NCBI GenBank assembly: GCA_049325535.1
Contig: JBMOKY010000001.1
Span: forward strand, 422,611 to 486,610
Direction of reading: 5' to 3'
DNA length: 64,000 nt
From: Patescibacteria group bacterium
GTDB taxonomy: Bacteria; Patescibacteriota; Patescibacteriia; UBA10025; JAHIVO01
Positions 1 through 9,028 of this stretch are shown here, piece after piece; position 1 is the first letter of the stretch; each line of letters starts with the position of its first letter. The translations under genes were made by a program, and so were the position numbers. The notes under the pieces are model-generated. The model was given only the letters and a program-made list of their open reading frames with translations, was not told the origin of the DNA and did no database searches.

Positions 1-1388
1 TACTGGTGGCTAGCTTATTTTTTTATACGTGGGGAGAGGGAAAACTGGTGACCATCATGCTTACTTCTACCGTCATCGATTATGTGGCTGGATTGGCTAT
101 CGAGCGGGGATTTCGGGGCATGTTTCGCTGGCGTCTGGTGCGTGCCGTGGATGCGAGCCACCGCCGGCGGTCACAAACGGCTTTTTTGGTTCTGTCCATT
201 GTGGCAAATCTTGCTTTGCTGGGCTTCTTTAAATATTTTAATTTTGGCATAGATAACCTGAATGGTATTTTAAGTTTTTTCGGATGGCAGACGGCTTCAC
301 TCCAGGGCGTGTGGCAGATTGTTCTTCCGTTGGGGATCAGTTTCTATACGTTCCAATCGATGAGTTACACCATCGACGTCTACCGCGGCCGGATCCGAGC
401 AAATCCGAATTTTATCGATTATGCGGCGTATGTCACCATGTTCCCGCAATTAGTTGCTGGACCTATCGTCCGCTATGAAACCGTGGCACGCGAATTGGTG
501 ACCCGTCTCGTGAGCCGCAGCAGTTTCGCGTCCGGTATCCAGCGGTTTATCATTGGTCTGTCGAAAAAAATGCTGATTGCTAATCAGGTAGCGGTTCCCG
601 CCGATGCGATATTTGCCCTCCCGGCTGACGCTCTGACTACGCCGCTGGCCTGGTTCGGGGTGGTATGCTACGCCCTTCAGATTTATTTTGATTTTTCAGG
701 GTATTCAGATATGGCCATTGGTTTAGGACGGATGCTCGGGTTTACCTTTCTGGAGAATTTTAATTACCCCTACATAGCCCGCTCAATCAGGGATTTTTGG
801 CGGCGGTGGCACATTTCGCTGTCTACTTGGTTTCGCGATTATCTGTATATCCCGCTGGGCGGCAGCCGGAATGGACGGTACCGGACGTATGTCAATCTGA
901 TCATTGTATTTTTTATAACCGGTTTGTGGCACGGCGCCAGCTGGAATTTCGTGGTGTGGGGTCTATACCATGGCTTCTTCCTTCTTTTGGAACGGCTCGG
1001 GTTTGGTGAATTGCTGGAACGTCTGTGGCGGCCATTACGGCACGGGTATATCCTTCTCGTCGTCCTGATCAGTTGGGTTTTTTTCCGTGCCGATTCATTG
1101 GGAGGGGCGCTGTCGTATCTGCGAGCCATGTTTGGGGGGGTTGGTGACGGCAACGGTTTGTACCATCTCGGATTATACGCGAGTTCCGTAGTCGTGCTGG
1201 CAGTCACTGCTGGTGTCATCGGGAGTATGCCAATCATACCATGGCTGCGGGATGCAGTCGGTCGGTTCCGGCGCGGGAAGCAGGCGTGGTCGTATACCAT
1301 CGTGGTGGCGCTTGCCATGCTCATGATCATCACAGTGATGCATATGGCAAATGACACCTATAATCCATTTATTTATTTCCGTTTTTAA
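1..1388 (+). CDS. MBOAT family O-acyltransferase (AlgI/DltB-like), 5' end truncated by window edge
   Basis: ORF 6..1388 continues in frame to base 1; polytopic membrane protein; MBOAT-like conserved region (WRRWHISLSTWFRDYLYIPLGG...GLWHGASWNF) with the invariant His. Confidence 0.8.
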   Translation, partial: LVASLFFYTWGEGKLVTIMLTSTVIDYVAGLAIERGFRGMFRWRLVRAVDASHRRRSQTAFLVLSIVANLALLGFFKYFNFGIDNLNGILSFFGWQTASLQGVWQIVLPLGISFYTFQSMSYTIDVYRGRIRANPNFIDYAAYVTMFPQLVAGPIVRYETVARELVTRLVSRSSFASGIQRFIIGLSKKMLIANQVAVPADAIFALPADALTTPLAWFGVVCYALQIYFDFSGYSDMAIGLGRMLGFTFLENFNYPYIARSIRDFWRRWHISLSTWFRDYLYIPLGGSRNGRYRTYVNLIIVFFITGLWHGASWNFVVWGLYHGFFLLLERLGFGELLERLWRPLRHGYILLVVLISWVFFRADSLGGALSYLRAMFGGVGDGNGLYHLGLYASSVVVLAVTAGVIGSMPIIPWLRDAVGRFRRGKQAWSYTIVVALAMLMIITVMHMANDTYNPFIYFRF

Positions 1389-2727
1389 AGCCATGCGGAT
1401 CATCGATTCACATGCTGAAGAAACTTTGACGCGAGGCGCATCCTGGATGCTGATCGTCTTCTTCTTATGTGCCATTTTCGTCCCTGGGGTGATGATGCTC
1501 GGCGGGTGGTCGGTCGGTCCAGCACAGGCAGAAAAGCGATCGCTGGCGCCGCTACCCGCTTGCACCCCGGAGTCGTGCTACACGAGCGCCTACCGCCGGG
1601 CATTTGAATCGTATGTCAATGACCACTTTGGGTTCCGGCCGGCGCTGGTGCAGTGGAATCTGTACCTGTACGTGCAGTGGTTCCATACGGTACCGGTTCG
1701 CGGGGTAGCGCTGCATCGGGGTGAAGTGGTTACGGTTCCGATTCCAACTGATGATGCGCCAGGCGTCTTGCCGGATGTCGAGGATCGGGCACTCGCCGCG
1801 GATCAAGAAGGTACCATCACGCCTTCTCCGGCGCTCCCTGAGCCGGAGTCGCAGCCGCGGGAACATGTCGTCATCGAGACCGACGCAATCGTCGGCACTG
1901 ACGGCTGGTATTTTCTTGCCAAGGATAATGCGATTGATGATTTTCGGGCTACCCAACCGCTGTCGCAAGCAGAGCTGCGGGTGATCGCGGACAATCTGAC
2001 GCGCCAGCGAGATGCGCTGCGCGCGCAAAGTATTGATTTCGTGGTGATGGTAGCACCGAATAAACATTCGATTTACGGCGAATATATGCCGTCGGTGTAT
2101 AATCGTGTCGGTTCTCAGACGCGTCTGGAGCAGGTCATCCAGTATGTGGCGGCCTATACGGATATGACCATCGTGGATCCGCGCGGTGATTTGCTGGCGG
2201 GAAAAAGAACCCTCCGTGCGTATGAAAAAACCGGAACCCATTGGAATGAGTACGGTGCTTTGATCGCGTATCAGGCGCTTCTGCGGCAGGTACGCCAGTT
2301 TATTCCTTCGCTGGCCATACCGACACTCGATGATTTCACCGTGGAAACTCAGATAGCCGGCGGTTCTGACCTGGCCATTATGCTTTCTCTGCAGGAACAA
2401 TTACAAGAAGAAATAATCCGGCTGCGTCCGCTCGTGCCCCGACGTGCCGTACCCGCGTCGTATGATTTCGCCAATCCAAATCCAAATCCAGAAATGCCGG
2501 TGGTAGTCCGTGAAATTCCCGACAGTACCGCACCACGGCTTCTTATGTTTCGTGATTCATTTAGTAATGCGCTGATACCCTTCATAGCTGAGCATTTTAG
2601 CCGGTCAGCATTTGTGTGGACGTATCGCATCATGCAGGACATCGTCGTTGCGGAGAAGCCTGATGTGGTGGTGTTGGAGTTCGTCGAACGCAATATATAC
2701 GAAGCGCTGTATACATCCATGCAATAG
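1351..2727 (+). CDS. AlgJ/AlgX-like SGNH-fold polysaccharide O-acetylation protein (true start possibly ATG 1394)
   Basis: Directly downstream of the MBOAT gene; N-terminal signal/TM segment; motifs FLAKDNAIDDF, VAPNKHSIYGEYMP, GTHWNEYGALIAY typical of the AlgJ/AlgX N-terminal domain. Confidence 0.6.
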   Translation: MTPIIHLFISVFKAMRIIDSHAEETLTRGASWMLIVFFLCAIFVPGVMMLGGWSVGPAQAEKRSLAPLPACTPESCYTSAYRRAFESYVNDHFGFRPALVQWNLYLYVQWFHTVPVRGVALHRGEVVTVPIPTDDAPGVLPDVEDRALAADQEGTITPSPALPEPESQPREHVVIETDAIVGTDGWYFLAKDNAIDDFRATQPLSQAELRVIADNLTRQRDALRAQSIDFVVMVAPNKHSIYGEYMPSVYNRVGSQTRLEQVIQYVAAYTDMTIVDPRGDLLAGKRTLRAYEKTGTHWNEYGALIAYQALLRQVRQFIPSLAIPTLDDFTVETQIAGGSDLAIMLSLQEQLQEEIIRLRPLVPRRAVPASYDFANPNPNPEMPVVVREIPDSTAPRLLMFRDSFSNALIPFIAEHFSRSAFVWTYRIMQDIVVAEKPDVVVLEFVERNIYEALYTSMQ

Positions 2728-2732
2728 GACTT

Positions 2733-2762
2733 GACAGCCATTGGTACCTGTGCTATGGTGGT
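2733..2762 (+). promoter_or_regulatory. sigma70-like promoter, TTGACA-17 nt-TATGGT
   Basis: Near-consensus -35 and -10 hexamers with 17-nt spacer, ~55 nt upstream of a small ORF. Confidence 0.35.
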
Positions 2763-2818
2763 TCGTTATAGCTTTTGCTAGACCCGCATACACGCGGCAT
2801 TAATTATACGATACGACC

Positions 2819-2968
2819 ATGATACGCACCATTGAACAGCGCCAACCGCAGGGAAAATTCGAAGGCATCTTCGATGAAGTCCGTCAGGAGCTTGACCAGT
2901 TTAAGATGGAGATGGAACGGCAAAAAGCCATCCTGCGCGGTACAGGCGTACTTGATCGGGACGAGTAA
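2819..2968 (+). CDS. small hypothetical protein, 49 aa, charged and helical (MIRTIEQRQPQGKFEGIFDEVRQELDQFKMEMERQKAILRGTGVLDRDE)
   Basis: ATG-initiated ORF shorter than the supplied ORF-track cutoff, bracketed by a promoter-like element and an intrinsic terminator. Confidence 0.3.
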   Translation: MIRTIEQRQPQGKFEGIFDEVRQELDQFKMEMERQKAILRGTGVLDRDE

Positions 2969-2983
2969 AAATTTGAAAAAAAT

Positions 2984-3016
2984 AGCCGTTTCTGATGAAG
3001 CGGTTATTTTTTTTGA
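2984..3016. terminator. rho-independent terminator (hairpin then TTATTTTTTTT), possibly bidirectional
   Basis: Stem TAGCCGTTTC/GAAGCGGTTA followed by a U-tract on +; lies between the small ORF (+) and the convergent GH1 gene (-). Confidence 0.45.
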
Positions 3017-3026
3017 CACGCGATGC

Positions 3027-4316
3027 TCAATTGACGCTCGTGCGTGTGTTTGAACCGACTGCACCTCGCATAATTTCAGACAAAGTCTCTGCGCTGCTGC
3101 GGATCGTTCGATGCTGCGTGGCGTAATCGATCGCCACCAGCCCGAATCGCGGCCAGAATCCCTTGTCCCATTCAAAATTATCCAGCAGCGACCAATGCAA
3201 ATATCCGCGGACGTCTACTCCTTCAGCGAGTGCACGTCGTACGCCGGCCAGAGATTCGGCAATAAACCATGCTCGCCGGGAGTCGTCTGCATCTGCCAGC
3301 CCGTGCTCGGTGATATAGATGGGCACGCCGTATGCACGGAGCGGCTGCAGCGTCTCGTACAGTGCGGATGGGTATAGTTCCCAGCCCATATCCGACGTAT
3401 GCTGATGAGGGTTTTTGTTGTATCCGTGGTTGATTACATTGCGGCCGTAGTTATTCAGCCCGATGAAATCCTGACAGCGGCGAATGGCTCGGAGAAAGCG
3501 CCGGTTCCACCACCAGTCGGCGGTGTACGCGAGCAGCAGATTATCCGGCCACCGATTGGCCACCTGAAAAGCGATATTGTTTTTGGCTATCCCTATCTGT
3601 GCGGCTGGATTGATATCCTTGATAGTACGATAGGCGAGTCGGTGTGCCTGAATTAAGTGGTTGACGACTCGGTAATAGGTGAGCGGGTTTTTGATTTGCG
3701 GCGGCCAGTATCCCTGGAAATAGCTCGTTGCCGCATATACCATCGGCTCATTGAGCGTGATCCAGAAGTTGACGTCATTGCCGAGGGCGGTGACTATAGT
3801 CTCCACATAGCGATTAAAGTCCGCGATAGTTTTTTTGTTCGCAAATCCGCCTTGCCGCGCCACCCAAGTGGGAAGTGTCCAGTGCCAGAGCGTGACCAGC
3901 GGTTCAATGTTGCGCTGACGTAATTCCATGATCACCTCACGGTAATGGGCGATCTCCCGCTGGTTGATGTGTCCCGCTGTCGGCTCTATCCGCGACCATT
4001 CTATGGAAAACCGATGCGCGGTATGACCCAGCTGTTTGGCGATGTCAAAATCCTCACCGAATCGGCGGTAGTGGTCAGCGGCGTTTCCGGAAAGGTAATT
4101 TGATGCTTGACTTGCCTCATTGAGTAATGATTCCCACTGGTCGGGTAGTATCCCGATGAATCGTGATTGATCACGGAGCCGTTCGCGGGCTGTGCGAGCC
4201 AGGTATGAGGCGTGCGACTTTTCCCACTCGCTCCAGTCATTATGGTTACCGCCCTCTACTTGGTGTGCGGACGTCGAGGCGCCCCAGAGAAAATTGGCCG
4301 GCCATGCGTCTGTCAT
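3027..4316 (-). CDS. GH1 family beta-glucosidase
   Basis: NFLWGASTSAHQVEGG N-terminal signature and ITEHG (ITENG-type nucleophile motif); 429 aa. Confidence 0.85.
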   Translation of the reverse strand: MTDAWPANFLWGASTSAHQVEGGNHNDWSEWEKSHASYLARTARERLRDQSRFIGILPDQWESLLNEASQASNYLSGNAADHYRRFGEDFDIAKQLGHTAHRFSIEWSRIEPTAGHINQREIAHYREVIMELRQRNIEPLVTLWHWTLPTWVARQGGFANKKTIADFNRYVETIVTALGNDVNFWITLNEPMVYAATSYFQGYWPPQIKNPLTYYRVVNHLIQAHRLAYRTIKDINPAAQIGIAKNNIAFQVANRWPDNLLLAYTADWWWNRRFLRAIRRCQDFIGLNNYGRNVINHGYNKNPHQHTSDMGWELYPSALYETLQPLRAYGVPIYITEHGLADADDSRRAWFIAESLAGVRRALAEGVDVRGYLHWSLLDNFEWDKGFWPRFGLVAIDYATQHRTIRSSAETLSEIMRGAVGSNTRTSVN

Positions 4317-4319
4317 GTA

Positions 4320-4736
4320 TCAGGACTGATTGAGTAATTCAAACGCCGGGTAGAGATTTTCGATGATAGGATACAGGCGGTAGTCGGCGGGGTGAATCCA
4401 TTGGTAGTGATCGTGATCGGTGCCGAGCCTGACGGTAGCGGTTTTGGCGTGGCAGCGAAAGAATATGCGGATGATCTGGTGCGGCTCGCCATTGACCACT
4501 GGCCAGGATTCATTGACGAAAAATGGCTGTCCAATTTCAATATCCAGTCCCGCTTCTTCACGCGCTTCCCGGCGCAGGGCATCGGTGATGTGCTCACCCG
4601 CTTCCATCCGACCGCCCACTACGTCGTATTTGCCGATCTGCGTGCCGGTAGTGTACCCGGGTGCTTCGCGGACGATCAGCACTTTTCCTTCATGAAAAAT
4701 AAATGCCTTGACTGCGGGAAATAATTTAGGTGGCAT
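4320..4736 (-). CDS. NUDIX hydrolase
   Basis: Nudix box GGRMEAGEHITDALRREAREEAGL; 138 aa. Confidence 0.8.
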   Translation of the reverse strand: MPPKLFPAVKAFIFHEGKVLIVREAPGYTTGTQIGKYDVVGGRMEAGEHITDALRREAREEAGLDIEIGQPFFVNESWPVVNGEPHQIIRIFFRCHAKTATVRLGTDHDHYQWIHPADYRLYPIIENLYPAFELLNQS

Positions 4737-5715
4737 ACGATATGTGGTGAGTGGCTTCGGTATACGTCGCGCTCTGGGTGTGGATTTCAGTCACGATGTC
4801 TGTCAGCGCCTGCTCGATGGTAGCCAGTCCGGTGACATGCACCAGCCGGGCGCGGTACTGAGCGGCATGGGGGATGCCGCGCACGTAGGCGAGGAGGTGT
4901 TTGCGGATTTCCAGTGAGGCTCCCTTTTCACCCTTGAGTTCATACAATAAGCGGGCATGTTCCATGATCAGCGGGATTTTTTCTGAAAAAGTCGTAGGTT
5001 GCTTTTCCGCAAATACCCAGGGGTTGCCGATGGCCGCTTGGCCGATGAGGAATCCGTCGAGCCCGCGCGTTTTTTCTACCCCGTCGGGGATGGAGGTGAT
5101 GCCGCCATTCGCCAGTACCGGTATGGATACGTTTTGTTTGAGTTCATATATGGGGGCAAAATCAGCGGGGCAGTTATACGGTTCGTCATAGGTCCGGCCG
5201 TGTATGGCGATGGCCTGGGCGCCGGCGCGTTCGCACCCTTTCCCGAATTCAGTCAGGTCGTCGGCATGCGACCAGCCCAGTCGGGTTTTGACGGAAACAG
5301 GAAGATTGGTAGCTTGCGCGACGGCCTCAATGAGCCTGAACGCCAGATCATGATTTCTGCGCAGGGCCACACCGTGCTCCGACCGCACCACTTTTTTCGA
5401 TGGACAGCCCATATTGATGTCGATACCATCAAACCCCATGTGCTCGAGGTGGCGCGCGGCGGTGACGAACGTATCCGGGTTTTTTCCGAATATTTGGGCG
5501 ATAATCGGGCGCTCAACTTGGTCAAATGAAAATTTTTCCAGTACTTTTTTCGCATGATGATGCACGCCGTCAGCCGAAGTAAATTCAGTGTACACGAGAA
5601 TATTTGGATTTACCGATTTACAGACGCGGCGAAAGGCGCTATCTGTGTAGCCGTCCATCGGCGATAGCCCTATGCGTGGTGCGGTGGTTTGGTGCCACAT
5701 ATGTGGGTGATTCAT
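4726..5715 (-). CDS. dus: tRNA-dihydrouridine synthase
   Basis: Dus family motifs LSPMDGYTDSAFRR and INMGCP (catalytic Cys); 329 aa. Confidence 0.85.
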   Translation of the reverse strand: MNHPHMWHQTTAPRIGLSPMDGYTDSAFRRVCKSVNPNILVYTEFTSADGVHHHAKKVLEKFSFDQVERPIIAQIFGKNPDTFVTAARHLEHMGFDGIDINMGCPSKKVVRSEHGVALRRNHDLAFRLIEAVAQATNLPVSVKTRLGWSHADDLTEFGKGCERAGAQAIAIHGRTYDEPYNCPADFAPIYELKQNVSIPVLANGGITSIPDGVEKTRGLDGFLIGQAAIGNPWVFAEKQPTTFSEKIPLIMEHARLLYELKGEKGASLEIRKHLLAYVRGIPHAAQYRARLVHVTGLATIEQALTDIVTEIHTQSATYTEATHHISYAT

Positions 5716-5787
5716 GGCACTACCGTATCATGGTACCCCTGGCAGCGTCAACGGACGAGAGCGCCTCCTGAGTGCGCGCAACTGAGC

Positions 5788-6060
5788 CTATACCCTGATA
5801 ATGTGTCGTACGATCAGCAGGGGGATAATAATATAAAGGATAGTATCCCGGATCAGGTAGTACACAAATACCCCCAGGAGCAGTTTCCAGCCGTATTTCT
5901 TGAAGAGCAATGTGATTCTCCAGCGGAGCCGGCTGAACAGAGATGCCGCGGATGCTGCCGGAACCGGCTGTCGCGCGTCGCGGAGGATGTGCTGGGCCAG
6001 CAATTTCAGCCGACGGAATACGCCTGGTCGGACCGGAGCGCTAGCGGGCGCAGACATGGT
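5788..6060 (-). CDS. hypothetical small protein with C-terminal TM helix (start uncertain)
   Basis: ORF-track 5788..6102; hydrophobic C-terminus LLLGVFVYYLIRDTILYIIIPLLIV; no recognisable domain. Confidence 0.2.
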   Translation of the reverse strand, partial: TMSAPASAPVRPGVFRRLKLLAQHILRDARQPVPAASAASLFSRLRWRITLLFKKYGWKLLLGVFVYYLIRDTILYIIIPLLIVRHIIRV

Positions 6061-6346
6061 ATGTTTTGATGCTGGAGGGCAGCGCCATCTTGCCGTTATC
6101 ATCTTTGAATTGTGCCAAGCGTTTGTGCCCCTCGTAAAATTCTGGGCTGCTGACCCATGCGTGAAAGTTTTCTTCGGGATCCCAGTGTGTCATGACTCAG
6201 TAGCTAGTTCCGGTCGTTAGCATGAGCACTTCTGCGCTGATGAAACCCGGGCGTCTGTGGAAAGCTCCAGCCCGGGTGATGAATGCTTGTTCAAACATGG
6301 CTGGGTATTGTTTGGGTACGTTTATGGTATTTATTGCGACGAACAT
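6041..6346 (-). pseudogene. antibiotic biosynthesis monooxygenase (ABM) domain gene interrupted by in-frame TGA at 6197-6199
   Basis: Manual translation gives MFVAINTINVPKQYPAMFEQAFITRAGAFHRRPGFISAEVLMLTTGTSY*VMTHWDPEENFHAWVSSPEFYEGHKRLAQFKDDNGKMALPSSIKTYHVCAR; both halves match the ABM fold pattern (EPGC-like and W-s-ea-h-SP-f motifs); the stop falls at a conserved hydrophobic position. Confidence 0.5.
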
Positions 6347-6466
6347 AAGCTTGTAAATATGGTATCAGAGTGAACTGACGAAAATGTGCTTATGACCGCC
6401 GCATGGTGGATGTCTAGACGGCTGTTCCGGTACGTAGCTGAATTCTGACGGTGAGATGTTTGCTGG

Positions 6467-7315
6467 TCATGTCTGCCGTGCGTTCTGTGTGCTGTTCCGG
6501 GAAAACATTCTCCACCAGAGTACCGTGATGACAGACAAATAGAGCAGGTATGCGCTTACCTCCAGCAAGGTCGGGTTGCCATTATATCCAAACAGCCCCT
6601 TGATGATACTGCCCAGGTATCCATTTTCATGGAGCGGGGGATAGACACCCGTCTCAGTAACCGATGGATTAATATCCCATACTTGGTGTGACCAGAATGA
6701 GATCGCGCCGGCTTCCTGCAGCTCATGGATGCCATGAGCCAATAAACCCGCAGCAAAGAGCATCAACATGATGCCGGTAATGGCAAAAAACCGCGTCAGA
6801 TTGATTCGCAGAAAGCCCCGGTATAATCCGTATCCGATACTGATGGCGATGATGATGCCAATCAGTGCTCCGATAAAGCTATGGTCAGGATCTATCATAC
6901 GTGCCGATCCGAGGAAGATGGCCATTTCAATCCCTTCGCGCAGTATCGCTACCAGTACCACCCAAAAGATTCCCATCGGATGCGCGTTGGTGATATGTCG
7001 GTCCAAATCAGCGTGGATCTCCGCCATCAATTGTTGTCGTCGCATCATCCAAAAGATGAGCGTGGTGATCAATATCGCGCCGGTAATCATAGCTATCCCT
7101 TCGTAGAGCGCTTCCGCTGTTCCCTCAAATCCACCAGCCAGCCGGTCAAATGCAATCGCGCCAATAATACTGAGCGCCGTGCCGATCCCAACGCCCATCC
7201 AGGCCATGCGGATATAGCGTGATTGGCCGGTCCGATTGAGATATCCGATGACGATGCCGACAACGAGTGCCGCTTCGAGGGTTTCGCGGAGGCCGATGAT
7301 TAAACTGGTGAACAT
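6467..7315 (-). CDS. FTR1/EfeU family high-affinity iron permease
   Basis: Two REXXE motifs (RETLE, REGIE) in TM helices; 7-TM topology. Confidence 0.75.
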   Translation of the reverse strand: MFTSLIIGLRETLEAALVVGIVIGYLNRTGQSRYIRMAWMGVGIGTALSIIGAIAFDRLAGGFEGTAEALYEGIAMITGAILITTLIFWMMRRQQLMAEIHADLDRHITNAHPMGIFWVVLVAILREGIEMAIFLGSARMIDPDHSFIGALIGIIIAISIGYGLYRGFLRINLTRFFAITGIMLMLFAAGLLAHGIHELQEAGAISFWSHQVWDINPSVTETGVYPPLHENGYLGSIIKGLFGYNGNPTLLEVSAYLLYLSVITVLWWRMFSRNSTQNARQT

Positions 7316-7342
7316 AGGACGGGAAGTTTATTGGTTATTCAT

Positions 7343-7368
7343 GCAAAAAGAGCCTGAAATGAGGCTCT
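7343..7368 (-). terminator. rho-independent terminator for the upstream ATP-grasp operon
   Basis: Stem AGAGCCU/AGGCUCU with GAAAUG loop, followed on the minus strand by UUUUUG. Confidence 0.4.
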
Positions 7369-7521
7369 CTGATGCTGATTTCGCCGTTGAGATAGTACGA
7401 TAGGTACTACGCAACGGCGCCAATAAATAATTGTATCTTGACGGTGCCGGTAAACTGTAATAATACGTGCGGAGTCATCGTCGATGGCTTATTGATAACT
7501 ACTATCAGTATATCAGGATAG

Positions 7522-8490
7522 CTATTTTCGTACAAGTGGACGGTATGGTATTTCGAATAATGCCGCGAGCACCCGTTCGGTAATATCAGGGATGGGATTG
7601 AGTGTCGCGGAACTATGGATATCGATGGCGGGGTTATCATTTATTTCCGTGATGGCGCCTTTGGTTTTTTTATATGACTGGGTTATGTCGCTGGTCATCA
7701 AATCTACTCCAGCCAGCTCCAGGCCGAGCGTTTCGACCGCTCGGACGCACGCCTTGAGATTATCCGGATGCACGTGCCGCACGTCGAGATTGACAGTGGT
7801 TCCGCCGAGTGCCGCGTTTGCCCGATAGCGCAGGTACACCACCTCTTTTGGCACGGGAATGGTGTGCATGGTCATGTCTTGTTCCAGCAGGCGGTTTTTT
7901 ACCTCCGGATCGATTTTGATTTTCTTGGGCAGCTTCTTATTTGCCGATGTGATCAACTCTTCAATGGTGTGGACGCCGTCACCGACTACGCGGGCGGGAA
8001 GCCGGAGTGTCGCGGCCAGTATTTTTCCGTGCGCGATGAGAATTCGGTAGTCCTCGCCTTTATAGTATTTTTCAATGATGATTCGGCGGCTGTAGCGATG
8101 AGCTATATCGACCGCCTCGTGTACAGCCGCCAGCGACGTGATATTGACCGTGATGCCATCCCCCTGAAAACTATCGGCGGGTTTGACTACTACGGGCAGC
8201 TTAATTTTTTTTATGAATGCGTTTATCTCTTTTTTTGATTCGCGGTTGAATACCTGCTGTTCAAATACTGGCAGGTTGGCAGCCTTGAGTACGGCGTTGG
8301 TCGCAAATTTATATCTGCTGATGGCGGCGCTGACACTGTCATTTTTACTGCACATGGCATAAAAAAAACGGATTCGGTTTTTTTTGTGCAATATGTCTAC
8401 GGTTTGGTCATTAATCCGGACGGCGCGCAGGCCGATTTTTTTTGCTGCGGTAGCGTAGATCTGTGCGTACGGTCTTAGTTTTCGTGCCAT
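7522..8490 (-). CDS. ATP-grasp ligase, cyanophycin-synthetase-N-terminal-like (start taken at MARKLRPY)
   Basis: ORF-track 7522..8586; segment LPARVVGDGVHTIEELI and EINDNP resemble the CphA-type ATP-grasp domain; real start ~17 nt after the GNAT stop. Confidence 0.6.
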   Translation of the reverse strand: MARKLRPYAQIYATAAKKIGLRAVRINDQTVDILHKKNRIRFFYAMCSKNDSVSAAISRYKFATNAVLKAANLPVFEQQVFNRESKKEINAFIKKIKLPVVVKPADSFQGDGITVNITSLAAVHEAVDIAHRYSRRIIIEKYYKGEDYRILIAHGKILAATLRLPARVVGDGVHTIEELITSANKKLPKKIKIDPEVKNRLLEQDMTMHTIPVPKEVVYLRYRANAALGGTTVNLDVRHVHPDNLKACVRAVETLGLELAGVDLMTSDITQSYKKTKGAITEINDNPAIDIHSSATLNPIPDITERVLAALFEIPYRPLVRK

Positions 8491-8506
8491 AGTGTTTCTG
8501 GATGAG

Positions 8507-9028
8507 TTAGGGTTTAGATTCGGGCATGTGGTACCGAGTCCGGGTACTGCCGTCCGGCAGGGTGACGGTATCGAGGAACGCCCCACCCATTTTTTTGATA
8601 ATATTTAGAGAGGCGTGATTGTCAGGCTTACACACGATGATGGGCTCACGGATGCCCAGTTCCGCGCTTCTTCGCAGCAAGAGCGTCAGTGCCGCGGTGC
8701 CATAGCCCCGGTTACGGCATGATGGGCGGATGACATAGCCGATATGGCCATGGGATCGCATGTGTTCGTCATTGGGCTCAGGGCGTATACCGCCGCGTCC
8801 GACGACTACATCACCATCCATCAGTAAGTATTTATATTCTTGGGCGTAGGCTGGCGGAAGGTCAATGCCGCGGGCGCGGTTATGATAGCGCCGGACTACC
8901 TCGGTAAAATCATCATGCGCCAATTCATAAAAAAAATCGGCGTCAGGTTCCGGCTGGTCAAAAAATTCCTTAGCTGCTTCGAGGTAGGCACGTCGGTGGC
9001 GTTCATGGATGACTTCGAGGCGGAGCAT
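8507..9028 (-). CDS. GNAT family N-acetyltransferase
   Basis: 173 aa; acetyl-CoA binding pattern RNRGYGTAAL; tightly packed between two ATP-grasp genes. Confidence 0.7.
   Translation of the reverse strand: MLRLEVIHERHRRAYLEAAKEFFDQPEPDADFFYELAHDDFTEVVRRYHNRARGIDLPPAYAQEYKYLLMDGDVVVGRGGIRPEPNDEHMRSHGHIGYVIRPSCRNRGYGTAALTLLLRRSAELGIREPIIVCKPDNHASLNIIKKMGGAFLDTVTLPDGSTRTRYHMPESKP

Noticed and set aside
1552-2400. Long antisense ORFs inside well-supported genes (e.g. 1552..2400 -, 14764..15339 -, 25802..26437 -, 39532..39894 -, 33169..33516 -)
   Set aside because: Each is entirely antisense to a gene with clear family motifs, and their translations are low-complexity and Arg-rich. They are typical shadow ORFs of GC-rich coding sequence.
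6197-6199. Selenocysteine or genetic-code reassignment at the in-frame TGA of the ABM gene
   Set aside because: TGA terminates neighbouring genes at their expected ends. ABM proteins are not known selenoproteins and the position is hydrophobic in homologues. No SECIS-like hairpin is obvious downstream.
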